Of a DNA stretch of 63,278 nucleotides, positions 41,743 to 51,290 are shown in pieces. Each line of letters starts with the position of its first letter. The stretch's first letter is position 1. Source of the DNA: Deinococcota bacterium (GTDB lineage: Bacteria > Deinococcota > Deinococci > Deinococcales > Thermaceae). The notes beneath the pieces were generated by a model. The model worked only from the letters and a program-made list of their open reading frames with translations, was not told where the DNA came from and ran no database searches. Position numbers and translations under genes: made by a program. Location of the stretch: contig JBGFRI010000018.1 of assembly GCA_041695225.1 (NCBI GenBank), positions 1-63,278 on the forward strand, given 5' to 3'.

Positions 41743-42066
41743 TTAGCTACGGTAATCCCCTTCTTCTTCCTCGTCGTCAAACTCCGACCAGTCGGGCGTA
41801 AAACGGTGCCCGCATTCGGGGCAGACCACCTCTTCCTCGTTGCCCTCCACCTCGAAGGTGAGGCCGCACTCGGGGCAGTCTACAAAAAAGCCCTCCTCGC
41901 CGTCGTCAATAAGCGCCACTTCCAGGGGATTGGTAGATAAAACTTGCAGGTACCCTCCACAGGACTCGCACTCAAAGTAATCATCTGCGGTCATCCCCTC
42001 GAGCTCTTCAGAGGGAATGTAGCCGGGTTCGCCGCACGCCGGACAGATTATCTCCTGGTCTTCCAT
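41743..42066 (-). CDS. lysV: Acidic double zinc-ribbon protein (LysV-like)
   Basis: Four CxxCG motifs, highly acidic; lies between lysU and lysW as in the Thermus operon. Confidence 0.75.
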   Translation of the reverse strand: MEDQEIICPACGEPGYIPSEELEGMTADDYFECESCGGYLQVLSTNPLEVALIDDGEEGFFVDCPECGLTFEVEGNEEEVVCPECGHRFTPDWSEFDDEEEEGDYRS

Positions 42067-42087
42067 ACAAGCCTCAGCCCTACCAGT

Positions 42088-42591
42088 CTACCCTTCGGCT
42101 GCTTCGCCAGGAAACCGGCCATGTTTGCGGTAATACTCCAGAAGGCTGCCCTCACGCAGGGCCTCGAGCAAAAATGCCGGGGGCGGGGTTAGCTGAAAGG
42201 TTTCCGAACCTCGCTTGAGCAGGCCTAGCTCAAACTCCAACTCCACCTCGTCGCCGTCCTGCAAAGCATCCACCACCTCCGGGGCCTCAAAGGGCATAAT
42301 GCCCAGGTTAACCAGATTTCGGTAGAAAATCCGGGCATAGCTTTTAGCGATAATGGCCCGCAGGCCCAGTTTGCGCAGGGCCTCAGGGGCATACTCGCGT
42401 GAGGAGCCTAGCCCGGTGTTGCGCCCTGCTACCAGGATGTCGCCGGGTTTGTAGTTAGCGGCAAACTCGGAGCGGAGATGCGCGAAGGCGTAGGTATGAA
42501 ATTTGTCCTCACCCACCATAAAGGGAGCATACTTGCCCGGCAGGATGTCGTCGGTGTTGATTGAGTCGCCAAACTTCCAGATTCGTGCCAT
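42088..42591 (-). CDS. lysU: Homoaconitase small subunit
   Basis: WKFGDSINTDDILPGKY, GLGSSREYAP, ARIFYRN. Confidence 0.93.
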   Translation of the reverse strand: MARIWKFGDSINTDDILPGKYAPFMVGEDKFHTYAFAHLRSEFAANYKPGDILVAGRNTGLGSSREYAPEALRKLGLRAIIAKSYARIFYRNLVNLGIMPFEAPEVVDALQDGDEVELEFELGLLKRGSETFQLTPPPAFLLEALREGSLLEYYRKHGRFPGEAAEG

Positions 42592-42710
42592 CAGTTCCAC
42601 TTCCTCTGCTCGCGGTCGCCAAGTTCTTTTATCGCCAACGCCTCCTGGGTAGTATCGCCAGGCTGCCGCCTGAGGCGGCTCGGGGTTGGGTGATAAACCA
42701 TCAGCTTCAT
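42591..42710 (-). pseudogene. Possible HicB-like antitoxin remnant between lysT and lysU
   Basis: 39-aa ORF MKLMVYHP...PGDTTQEALAIKE resembles HicB GDTxEEALxNxKE; its stop overlaps the lysU ATG. Confidence 0.35.
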
Positions 42711-42737
42711 TAGTTTTCCGCCACTCGAGCCTCGACT

Positions 42738-43982
42738 CTAGACCCTCGACAATTCTTCCGGCGTGGTGATGTAGCCAGCCACCGCTGTCGCCGCCGCCAC
42801 CCGCGGCGAGGCCAGGTAGATCTCGGCATCGGCCGCGCCCATCCGCCCTTTGAAGTTGCGGTTGGAGGTGCTCACGCAGACCTCGCCCGGCGCCAGCACC
42901 CCCTGGTGACGCCCCATGCACGGCCCGCAGCCGGGAGTGCCCAGGGTCGCGCCAGCTTGCAGCAGCGTGAGCAGCGTCCCGTCGGCGGCAGCTTCTTCCA
43001 GCACCTGCGACGAGGCAGGAATAACCAGCATCCGCACCCCCGTGGCCACTTTCCGGCCCTTCAAAACCGCCGCGACCTGGTGCAGGTCATCCAGCCGCCC
43101 ATTGGTGCAGGTGCCTACAAACACCTGATCAACCCGCTTGCCCGCCACCGCCGAAACCTCCTCGACGTTGTCCACGTAAAAGGGCACCGAAACGCGGGGC
43201 GTGAGCGTGGCCAGGTCAATCTCAACCTGCTTGGCATACACCGCATCCGGGTCGGGGTAAAGCCAGCCGGGCACATCGTACATTTTCAGAATCTCGCCGC
43301 TGGGCACTACCAGCCCGCACTTGGCCCCGGCCTCTACGGTCAGGTTGGCCAGGGTCAGGCGCTGGCTACGGCTCAGGTACTCGGCCCCCTCGGCCAGATG
43401 CATCTCGATGCTCATGTAGGTGGCCCCATCGGCGGTCAGGACACGCACCATCTCCAGCGCGGCATCCTTTGCGCTCACGCTGGGGTTCAACTGGCCCCTA
43501 AAAGTCACTTTCACCGTGGCCGGCACTTTGAGCCAGGTGCGCCCCGAGGCCGCGGCCAGGGCAATATCGGTGGCTCCCATGCCGGTGCCAAAACAGCCAA
43601 CTCCCCCATAGGTGGTGGAGTGGGAATCGGAGCCCAGCACAATCCCACCCGGCAGGGCCAGGCGCTCCTCAATCAGCACCTGGTGGCAAATTCCCCGGCC
43701 CACATCAAACACCCGGCAGCCATGTGCTCTGCCCCACTCGCGAATCTCTTTCTGAGCCTTGGCCACCTCTACGTTGGCCGCCGGGGCCACGTGGTCAATC
43801 ACGATGGCCACTTTTTCGGGAAAACGCGGTGCAGCGCCAAGCTGTTTTAGCCGCTTGAAAAAGCTACCCGCAATGGAGTCCACCACCATCACCTGGTCAA
43901 CCTCGAGCACCACTAACTCACCGGCTCGAACCTCCCGACCAGCCCGGTTGGAAAGGATTTTTTCGGCCAAAGACATTCCCAT
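42738..43982 (-). CDS. lysT: Homoaconitase large subunit
   Basis: DSHSTTYG, GTCTNGR, PGCGPCMG, STSNRNFKGRMG. Confidence 0.93.
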   Translation of the reverse strand: MGMSLAEKILSNRAGREVRAGELVVLEVDQVMVVDSIAGSFFKRLKQLGAAPRFPEKVAIVIDHVAPAANVEVAKAQKEIREWGRAHGCRVFDVGRGICHQVLIEERLALPGGIVLGSDSHSTTYGGVGCFGTGMGATDIALAAASGRTWLKVPATVKVTFRGQLNPSVSAKDAALEMVRVLTADGATYMSIEMHLAEGAEYLSRSQRLTLANLTVEAGAKCGLVVPSGEILKMYDVPGWLYPDPDAVYAKQVEIDLATLTPRVSVPFYVDNVEEVSAVAGKRVDQVFVGTCTNGRLDDLHQVAAVLKGRKVATGVRMLVIPASSQVLEEAAADGTLLTLLQAGATLGTPGCGPCMGRHQGVLAPGEVCVSTSNRNFKGRMGAADAEIYLASPRVAAATAVAGYITTPEELSRV

Positions 43983-44038
43983 CGGCGCCCCCTATTTATG
44001 CGTGCAAATAGCTATCTAGCGCAAGCATAGCAAAGACC

Positions 44039-45307
44039 TCAATCCAGGTTCTCCAGCCTTACCGTGGGCACTTCCTCGGGAAGAAGGTGGCGGCTGAGGC
44101 CATATTCAGCGGCAATTTCCAAAAGCAGCACCTCGGGCTTTTTGTTGCGCCCAATCTGGGCGGTGCGGGCCTTGAACTCCTGGGTAACAAGCCGGGCCTG
44201 CTCCTTGCTAATCACGAAGTTTTCCACTTCTTTTAGATAGTAGTAAATCAGGTTCCAGCCTGACAAGGGCCCCAGCAATAGCTGGTTTTTGTCTACCCCA
44301 AAGTCGTGCAGATTGTGGGCCTCGTATACCTTCTTCTCGCCCAGGACAGCTTTCTGGTGTACTCCTGCGGTGTGGGTACGGTTGGTGAGCGAGACGGGCT
44401 CGGTGTAGGGAACCAGCGTACCCAGGATCGAGCCCATCAGCACGTTCAGAGGGTAGCACTGGCTCAGGTTGTACTGCTGGGCAATTTCGGGGTATTTCTT
44501 GGAGAGGTTGAACAATACCCCGGTTAGCGAGGGAATACCCGAACGCTCGGCCAGCCCCCAGATGGAGGCGTCCACGTAGGTTACCCCAGCCCGCACCGCA
44601 GCCAGAACATTGGCCAGGGCCAGCCCCCGGTCGTTGTGAAAGTGACACTCCAGCCTTGCCCTAGGGTAGCGCTGGCGCAGCAAGCCCACCACCTCGGTTA
44701 CGTCCTCCGGCTCGGCAATACCCACCGTGTCGGGCATCCCCAGGGTGTTGACGTGGGGGTAAACCGCGTCGTAAAGAGCAAGCATATCGCTCTGGTCGGT
44801 GCGGAAGGCATCTTCGGCGCTAAACCGAATGTAAAGGCCGGGGTAGGACTGGCGGGTGGCCTGTACCACCTCAGTTGCCAGCTTTAGGGCCTGCTCGAGG
44901 CTCTTTTGCGAGTTGTATTTTTGGGCCAGCGGCGAGACCCCCAGATACAAATTCAATCCATTGCAGCCGAGTTCTAACGCCCGCTGAATGTCTGCCAGAT
45001 TGCAGCGACAGTGGGCCAGAAACAGAATTTCCTGCCGGCTGAGGCTCTGGGCATAGGCGATCAACTCCCGCACGTCCTGCTCCTCGGCCACCCCCACCAC
45101 CGGCGAAAAGACCTCGATATGGGTCACCCCCAGCTCGATAAGACCGGCCAGCAACAGTTTCTTCTCTTCCAGGCTAAAGCGGTACTTCTCGGTGTCGAAT
45201 AGCAGGGGCGACTGCTGCCCGTCGCGGAAAGTGGTATCCACGATCTCAATGGCTCGAGGCCGATAGGGCGAGTTTTGTATTTGCGGTGTGGGGTATTCTG
45301 CCTGCAT
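44039..45307 (-). CDS. hcs: Homocitrate synthase (divergent DRE-TIM member)
   Basis: DTTFRDGQQ, RFSAEDAFR, HFHNDRG, GLAERSGI, HTAGVHQKAV; first gene of the lys operon. Confidence 0.85.
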   Translation of the reverse strand: MQAEYPTPQIQNSPYRPRAIEIVDTTFRDGQQSPLLFDTEKYRFSLEEKKLLLAGLIELGVTHIEVFSPVVGVAEEQDVRELIAYAQSLSRQEILFLAHCRCNLADIQRALELGCNGLNLYLGVSPLAQKYNSQKSLEQALKLATEVVQATRQSYPGLYIRFSAEDAFRTDQSDMLALYDAVYPHVNTLGMPDTVGIAEPEDVTEVVGLLRQRYPRARLECHFHNDRGLALANVLAAVRAGVTYVDASIWGLAERSGIPSLTGVLFNLSKKYPEIAQQYNLSQCYPLNVLMGSILGTLVPYTEPVSLTNRTHTAGVHQKAVLGEKKVYEAHNLHDFGVDKNQLLLGPLSGWNLIYYYLKEVENFVISKEQARLVTQEFKARTAQIGRNKKPEVLLLEIAAEYGLSRHLLPEEVPTVRLENLD

Positions 45308-45325
45308 AAAAACCTCAACGGAGAC

Positions 45326-45356
45326 AAAAAAAGCGACCCGCAGGCGGTTTGCGGGC
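45326..45356 (-). terminator. Attenuator terminator of the lys operon
   Basis: GCCCGCA-AACCGCC-TGCGGGT then CGC and T7 on the minus strand, 19 nt before the hcs ATG. Confidence 0.8.
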
Positions 45357-45376
45357 CGGGTACGCAGCTATGCGGA

Positions 45377-45427
45377 CTAGCTCAGACTAGCCCCCCCGGC
45401 AGTGGATTTTTTTGCACTTACGGCCAT
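45377..45427 (-). CDS. Lysine operon leader peptide MAVSAKKSTAGGASLS
   Basis: 16-aa ORF with tandem AAA AAA Lys codons upstream of the terminator hairpin. Confidence 0.8.
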   Translation of the reverse strand: MAVSAKKSTAGGASLS

Positions 45428-45438
45428 CTCGAGTGATA

Positions 45439-45468
45439 AGGTTAACGGTGGTATACCAGGGTTGTCAA
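45439..45468 (-). promoter_or_regulatory. Promoter of the lys operon
   Basis: TTGACA-18 nt-TAACCT just upstream of the leader peptide. Confidence 0.6.
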
Positions 45469-45629
45469 GGCAGGCTCCCGAGGCGGCCTGGTTATGGTCG
45501 AGCGATGGTTGGTGAATACGTTGGGTGCTTTCAGTAGCCTGCTCCTATTAGAAAAGCAGCAAAAACCCTCGAGCTTCACCACAATTCGAGTAAAGAATGC
45601 TACCCTTACTTTTGGTCAAACCGCTAAAG

Positions 45630-45869
45630 ATGAAAAACACCAGTACCGTCAGCAGCAAAGGTCAGGTGACAATTCCCCTCGAGGTTCGCAAAAAGCTGGG
45701 GCTACGAACCGGGGATAGGGTCGAGTTTGTCGCAGAAAAAGGCTATTTCTTCATCCGCACGGCCAGAGGCTCGGCAAACCCTTTTGAGCGCTGGGCGGGG
45801 GCACTTCCTGCTTTCGACAGCCTTGAAGAGATTAACCAATGGGTGCGGGATATGCGGGACCAGAAATGA
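45630..45869 (+). CDS. AbrB/MazE/SpoVT-family antitoxin
   Basis: STVSSKGQVTIPLEVRKKLGLRTGDRVEF; upstream AGTAAAG...CTTACT inverted repeat. Confidence 0.88.
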   Translation: MKNTSTVSSKGQVTIPLEVRKKLGLRTGDRVEFVAEKGYFFIRTARGSANPFERWAGALPAFDSLEEINQWVRDMRDQK

Positions 45870-45889
45870 AAGCTGCCCTCGAGGCCTAA
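45866..45889 (+). pseudogene. Stub of a probably deleted PIN/VapC toxin (MKAALEA-stop)
   Basis: ATGA overlap with the antitoxin stop; resembles the PIN start MKxxLDT; stops after 7 codons. Confidence 0.4.
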
Positions 45890-45997
45890 GGTTATCTTAG
45901 GCGCTTCTTTCGGGCGGCGGGCCTGCTGGGACAGGCCAGTATGGGCGTGGTCTTGTGGCGGGGAGTGTATGCAGAACCTCTGGTCTGTTCAAGTAAG

Positions 45998-46510
45998 CTA
46001 CCACTCGAGCTTCTCCCCCATAAACTCGACCGTCTCGCCTGGTTTGTAGAGGGTACAGGTGCGGTAGAGGCGCCCAATAGGCTCGCGGTAGACCTCGAGC
46101 ACATCGTCTATCAGGTTTACCACCCAGTACTCGGGAATGCCCGCCTGGGCGTAGACTGGCAGTTTTTCTTTGCGGTCGTATTCCAGGGTGGTATCGCTCA
46201 CCTCAATTATCAGCAAAACATCCTCGAGGTTTGGCAGTCGCTCTTGGTACTGCTCTTCAGGCAGCCTGAGCAAGGCAAAATCAGGCTGCAGCTCCGATTG
46301 TTCCGAAAGCCGCACCGAGCCTTGAACCTGCACAGTTGCCTTGCCGCTAAAACGCTGAGTTAAGCGATGGTTTAACTGCATAACTTTGTAGTTGTGCCTG
46401 GGGCCAATCGGACTCATCTGGTAAATTTCCCCCTCCAGCAATTCCAGGTTTTTGACACCCGCAAATACCCGCTCGAACTCTTCTACTGAAAAGCGGTATC
46501 TGGTAGCCAT
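45998..46510 (-). CDS. Uma2 family endonuclease
   Basis: ELLEGEI..MSP.GP.H, QPD, IEVSDTT..YD...K...YA.AGIPEYWVVN. Confidence 0.93.
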   Translation of the reverse strand: MATRYRFSVEEFERVFAGVKNLELLEGEIYQMSPIGPRHNYKVMQLNHRLTQRFSGKATVQVQGSVRLSEQSELQPDFALLRLPEEQYQERLPNLEDVLLIIEVSDTTLEYDRKEKLPVYAQAGIPEYWVVNLIDDVLEVYREPIGRLYRTCTLYKPGETVEFMGEKLEW

Positions 46511-46558
46511 GGCTTAAGTGTAGCAGCACTTTTACCTGTGCGGCTTTATAGTTAGACC

Positions 46559-47215
46559 ATGAGCAGACCCGAAATTGACCTCTTGCAGTATCAAGACTCA
46601 TGGCGGCTGTGGCGCATCATGTCGGAAATCGTAGAGGGGTTTGAAGTCTTGGGGGAGCTGGAGGTGCCGCTGGTAACGGTTTTTGGTTCGGCCCGTTTCG
46701 GCCACACTAACCCCTACTACGCCCAGGCCGAGTTGCTGGGGCAAAGGCTGGTAGAAGCTGGCTACGGCGTGGTGACTGGCGGCGGGCCCGGGCTAATGGA
46801 GGCCGCCAACAAAGGGGCCTACAATGCCGGCGGCGTCTCGGTAGGGCTGAATATTCAGCTTCCTCACGAGCAAAGAGCCAACCCCTTCCAGACTCATAGC
46901 CTGAGTTTCCGCTACTTCTTTGCCCGCAAGCTGATGCTGGTGCGCTATGCCAGAGCTTTTGTTTTGTTGCCGGGAGGGTTTGGCACCCTGGACGAGCTGG
47001 CCGAGGTGCTGGTCCTGGTACAGACCGAGAAGGTGCACCCCTTCCCTATTTTCGTGCTTGATCGGGCTTACTGGAGCGGGCTACTGGACTGGATCCGTGG
47101 CACCATGCTCCCCGCCGGGGCCATTTCCCCCGAAGACCTCGAGCTGATGACCGTGCTAGACAGGCCCGAGGAGGTGATGGAGGCGCTAGCCAGCCTCCAA
47201 GAGGATAACCCCTGA
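46559..47215 (+). CDS. LOG family protein (TIGR00730-like)
   Basis: FGSAR, TGGGPGLMEAAN, FFARK, PGGFGTLDE. Confidence 0.93.
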   Translation: MSRPEIDLLQYQDSWRLWRIMSEIVEGFEVLGELEVPLVTVFGSARFGHTNPYYAQAELLGQRLVEAGYGVVTGGGPGLMEAANKGAYNAGGVSVGLNIQLPHEQRANPFQTHSLSFRYFFARKLMLVRYARAFVLLPGGFGTLDELAEVLVLVQTEKVHPFPIFVLDRAYWSGLLDWIRGTMLPAGAISPEDLELMTVLDRPEEVMEALASLQEDNP

Positions 47216-47261
47216 CCTGTGCGTGGGAACCGGAGGGCCGAGGATAAAGTGGACTGGATAA

Positions 47262-47378
47262 CGAAGTGGCCCAGGCTTGTCCCGAGCCTTGCCCTGAGCC
47301 TTCGGGCCGAGGCCCCTCAGGCCGAGGGCTTGCCGAAGGGGCAGTCGAAGGGATGGGGATGATTAGTCTATCCAGGAG
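47262..47378. repeat. REP/MITE-like repeat
   Basis: GTGGCC.AGGCTTG.CC.GAGCC...GAAGGGGCAGTCGAAGGGATGGGG.TGATT shared with 61078-61157. Confidence 0.7.
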
Positions 47379-47641
47379 AGGCTCGCCAGTCCATCAGTGC
47401 TGTGGCGAACTGGGGCGAACTGGACTGCTTCGCGTCCGGCGCCTGCCCTGGGCCGGTCGAGGGTGCGTTGGCAATAAAAACATAAAAACGTTCCTATTCG
47501 CCACGTTCTTGTGGTGCAAGGCTCTTGGTGGGTCAATTATCTTGTAACCCGCTCACAAGTTGCGCCAAGGCAAGTGGTTGAGGTTCACCTGGCCTCACCC
47601 GGCTACCCTGCTCGGAAAATACTGGTATAGACTATGTCCCG

Positions 47642-47914
47642 ATGAACACTACCGATTTGAACGGGGAAACCCTGGAGAGCATACTCAAACGTCTGCGGCG
47701 TATTGAAGGCCAGGTGCGGGGTCTGCAAAAAATGGTTGCGGAGGGCCGCCCCTGCGAGGAGGTACTCACCCAGATGACCGCCACCAAAAAGGCCATGGAG
47801 TCGGCGGCCACACTTATTCTTCAGGAATTCCTGACCATCTGCGCCACCGATATTGCCCAGGGCGACCGGCACAAACCCGCCCAAATTGCCGCCATTTTGC
47901 GTAAGTTTGCTTGA
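47642..47914 (+). CDS. CsoR/RcnR-family metal-sensitive transcriptional regulator
   Basis: RLRRIEGQVRGLQKMV.EGRPCEEVLTQ; a second Cys later (TIC). Confidence 0.9.
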   Translation: MNTTDLNGETLESILKRLRRIEGQVRGLQKMVAEGRPCEEVLTQMTATKKAMESAATLILQEFLTICATDIAQGDRHKPAQIAAILRKFA

Positions 47915-48176
47915 TAGTCTGGTCGCATGGGCGCCTTGGTCAGATGGTTCGGCAGCCTGGTCTTTATACTTCACCAGGGTTATGACATCCGACCTTCGAC
48001 CTTCGACCTTCGACCTGACCGCGGTTGCGCAAGGTTTTGAGAGTCATGTTACCCGACCGCCTAATGGCTGCCTACCGGTTTAGTATGGCCATCTCTCTGG
48101 TTTGCCGATAGCGGGTGGACAGCCGCGCTCCTTCTCCCACGCAATGTCAGCACAGCGCGGGAGACTGCCCCGGGGT

Positions 48177-48863
48177 TTATCGGCGCGGAAAGCGGAAGGC
48201 CAGCAGGATGAATAGCACACCCAAAGCGGCGCTCAGCATGGCCCAGGGTATGCGGTTCTGGATGGCTCGCACGGGCTCTAAAACCCCGCTTTGATATGCC
48301 TGATGCTGGCTCTGGGCGAGCACATCAACTGCTGCTGGGGCTCCTGCCGGGCCATCAATGGCCCACGCACCACCCCCGGGGCGCACCGGGCGGAAGTGCC
48401 AGGGCGTAAAGGGGTCGTAGAGCCCTATGGTCACGTAATAGCCGTAGTCGCCGGGGGGCAGATTGGAGTAAACCTCGAGCCAGTCGCCATTCCTGGCAAT
48501 CGGTACAGCCTGCACGCTGCCATCGGGGCGGTGTTCTTGGGCTTGCCAGCCAGTAAGCAGATAGGCCCAGTCCCAGCCCTGCCCTTCGGGGGTTCGGAAA
48601 CCTGCGCCTGGTAGCTCTTCCTGGCCCCCTTCCTCGGTATCCACAAAGATGCCGATGGTTGCCAGAGAGAAGCCATGGGGGGCGTTGCCGGGATTCGGGT
48701 AGCGGTGGAGCCTGACCCGCAACACCACCCGCTCCCCTCGGCGAAGGGTTTCAAAGCCAGTCAGGTCGGCAAAACCAGCCTCGGCAAATATGGCCGCAGC
48801 GGGGTAGGCATAGCCCAGACCGTGGTCGTCGCCCACCGGATCGGAGAAGAAAAGGGGAATCAT
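48177..48863 (-). CDS. Glucodextranase C-terminal/DOMON-like domain protein with C-terminal TM
   Basis: DPVGDDHG..Y.YP, DLTGF, NAPHGFS, WDWA; C-terminal hydrophobic anchor. Confidence 0.7.
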   Translation of the reverse strand: MIPLFFSDPVGDDHGLGYAYPAAAIFAEAGFADLTGFETLRRGERVVLRVRLHRYPNPGNAPHGFSLATIGIFVDTEEGGQEELPGAGFRTPEGQGWDWAYLLTGWQAQEHRPDGSVQAVPIARNGDWLEVYSNLPPGDYGYYVTIGLYDPFTPWHFRPVRPGGGAWAIDGPAGAPAAVDVLAQSQHQAYQSGVLEPVRAIQNRIPWAMLSAALGVLFILLAFRFPRR

Positions 48864-49118
48864 GGCGTGGGCTCTGGTGCTATGCCCAACAATGCCACCG
48901 TTTTATGAGGATGAAATGTGGGGATTCGACCGGCTCCTGGCAGCCCTTTGTTGCACAACCTGCCCTGCCGTGCGGGCAGTATCAGGGGAATGGCTCGATA
49001 TTCCGTGTCCGGTGGATTGCAACGAGGCTATTCTGGCCCGGTTGTCTTGCGCTGTAGTGCTGCGGAGAAAGATGGCAGCAGATAGGTTCTGTACAGGACT
49101 CTTGTTCGGATAACTACG

Positions 49119-50459
49119 CTACCGCAAGTCCATCAGGGCCTTGACCAGGCGGATGGGGTCGTGCTGGGCAAAGCCGGGCTCGAGGAAGTCGTCGGCCACA
49201 ATCTGCACCGGCTGGCCCTGGAAACGCTTGGGGTCGAAGCCTACGGGCATCTGGCCTTCGGCCCGGTAGCGCGCCAGCAAGTCCTGGGGGATGGGGGCAT
49301 TGTTGACCAGCACTACGTCTGGTTTGCGACCCAGGTGTTGTTCGATGGCCTGGAAATGGTCGTAGGCGTCCATACCCTCGGTTTCGCCGCGTTCGCTCAT
49401 GATATTGACAATGTAGACCAGCTGGGCGCTGGACTGTTGAATAGCTGCCTGGATGCCCCTGGGAAGGAAGCTGGGGATCACGCTGGAATACAGGCTACCC
49501 GGCCCTAGCACAATCAGTTCGGCCTTTTGCAGGGCGCACACTGCTTCGGGCATGGCCGCCACATCTTCAGGAGTGAGCCCCACTTTGCGGATGCGTCCCG
49601 ACTGCTCCCGCAGGGCGGTCTCACCCAGTACCCGCGTACCATCGTCGCGGTCGGCCCAAAGTTTAGCGGCCTCGTAGGTGGCGGGCCAGACTGCCCCGCG
49701 TAAACGCAGCACCTGGTTGGCCTGACGCATGGCTATGGCGAAGTCGTTGTTAAGTTCGGAAAGCGAGACCAGCAGCAGATTGCCGAAGGTGTGGCCCTGG
49801 AGTTCCTCCCCACGCTGAAAACGGTACTTCATCAGGTCTGGCAGCCCTTCGGCGTCGGAAAGAGCGGCCAGGCAGTCTACCAGGTCGCCCACTGCTGGAA
49901 CCCCAAACGAAACCCGCAGGCGGCCGGTAGAGCCCCCATCGTCGGTTACGGCTACCACGGCGGTGGCGTTGGCGGTCTTCAGCTTGAGGCCGCGCAGCAC
50001 ACGGGAAAGCCCCGTTCCACCGCCCAGTGCTACCATGCGTGCACCGGCCTCGAGCCTTCGGTGGATATATACCTGCTTCGACACCAGGTCGGGGTCGGTG
50101 AAGGCAGAGAGCATACTGCGGTTCATCCAGCGCAAGCCCAGCATGAAAAGCACGGCCCCCCCCAGGAACCAGAGCCCGCCCGAGAGCCATAGCGGGACAG
50201 AGAAATAGCCTGCCCAGCGAGCGGTCTGCAGGAACCAGGCTAGTACCGGGGTCTGCCAGGCGATATGCACCACGCCAACAAACATACCCAGCAGGCCCAG
50301 CAAGGCCAGCAAGGCGTAGCGCTTGACCCGCATTCCCGGCAGTAGCCAGCGCAAGGCACTGAGAAAGCGGTCATCGGCAGGGTTGGTGGGCAGGCCCCGG
50401 GCTAGCGAGCGCAGGTTGGGTCGTTTGGCCTTTTTCCAGATCATGTCACGTAGTCTCAC
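49119..50459 (-). CDS. yvcK: YvcK/CofD-like UDP-GlcNAc-binding protein with N-terminal TMs
   Basis: GGGTGL, VTDDGGSTGRLR, GHTFGNL, GPGSLYSSVIP, HDP. Confidence 0.9.
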   Translation of the reverse strand: MRLRDMIWKKAKRPNLRSLARGLPTNPADDRFLSALRWLLPGMRVKRYALLALLGLLGMFVGVVHIAWQTPVLAWFLQTARWAGYFSVPLWLSGGLWFLGGAVLFMLGLRWMNRSMLSAFTDPDLVSKQVYIHRRLEAGARMVALGGGTGLSRVLRGLKLKTANATAVVAVTDDGGSTGRLRVSFGVPAVGDLVDCLAALSDAEGLPDLMKYRFQRGEELQGHTFGNLLLVSLSELNNDFAIAMRQANQVLRLRGAVWPATYEAAKLWADRDDGTRVLGETALREQSGRIRKVGLTPEDVAAMPEAVCALQKAELIVLGPGSLYSSVIPSFLPRGIQAAIQQSSAQLVYIVNIMSERGETEGMDAYDHFQAIEQHLGRKPDVVLVNNAPIPQDLLARYRAEGQMPVGFDPKRFQGQPVQIVADDFLEPGFAQHDPIRLVKALMDLR

Positions 50460-51290
50460 TCAGGCGACCAGGGTTTTTTCCAGGTCGCGGTGCTCCAGTT
50501 CAACCCGAAAACGCCCCGAGAGCTCCTGGGCCAGCCGCTCTACCACCGCCACACTGCGGTGTTGCCCGCCAGTACAGCCCAGAGCCACGGTGTAGGCAGC
50601 CCGCCCGGCCTGACGGGCGCCCTCGGCCGACAGACCGATGACGGTGAGCAGAGTGCGGTAAAAGGGTTCGTTTTTCTTTTCCGCAAAGACATAAGCTGCC
50701 ACCTCGGGGTCGGTGCCGGGGCGCGCCTTAAGCACGGGGTCGTAGTGGGGGTTCGGCAGCGATCGCACATCCAGCACCATATCGGCGTCCTGGGGCGGGC
50801 CCCACTTGAAGCCAAAGGAAAACATTCGCAGCAGAAAGCCTTCCTCTTCGCCCAGGGCCGCCTCGAGGGCCTCCTTAAGCTGGCGGGGGGTGCGCTCGGA
50901 GGTGTCAAGCACCAGATCGGCCCGGTCACGCAGGGCTGCCAGGGCCAGGCGCTCTTCTTCGATCTCGCGCAGCAGATTGCCCATGCCCAGCGGGTGCAGG
51001 CGGCGCGAAAGGTTGTAGCGCTTGAGCAGGATGTCGGACCTGGCCTCGAGGTAGATGATGAAAGGCCTGAGTTGGGCCAGCACGGCTTCCACCTCGCCCA
51101 GCAGATCGCGGGCGCGGATGTCGAGCACCACCACCACTTTTTGGATACCCCTGGCCTGCACGGTCTTGAGTAGGTCGGCCCAGAGCTGGGGCGGAATATT
51201 GTCTACCGAAAAATACCCCAGGTCTTCCAGGGCCATCCGGGCCGAGGTCAGCCCCGCACCACTCTGTCCACTCAAGACCACAAACCGCAT
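50460..51290 (-). CDS. rapZ: RNase adapter RapZ/YvcJ family protein
   Basis: LEDLGY..VDN.P, RRLHPL, SFGFKWG, DVRSLPNPHY, GCTGGQHRSV. Confidence 0.92.
   Translation of the reverse strand: MRFVVLSGQSGAGLTSARMALEDLGYFSVDNIPPQLWADLLKTVQARGIQKVVVVLDIRARDLLGEVEAVLAQLRPFIIYLEARSDILLKRYNLSRRLHPLGMGNLLREIEEERLALAALRDRADLVLDTSERTPRQLKEALEAALGEEEGFLLRMFSFGFKWGPPQDADMVLDVRSLPNPHYDPVLKARPGTDPEVAAYVFAEKKNEPFYRTLLTVIGLSAEGARQAGRAAYTVALGCTGGQHRSVAVVERLAQELSGRFRVELEHRDLEKTLVA

Noticed and set aside
42592..42921. Long N-terminal extension of lysU, or a lysT-lysU frameshift fusion
   Set aside because: lysT has a normal stop, lysU homology begins at ATG 42591, and no slippery site is evident.
47604..47624. CsoR operator (TACC...GGTA)
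   Set aside because: Spacing and the missing G/C tract do not fit known CsoR boxes.
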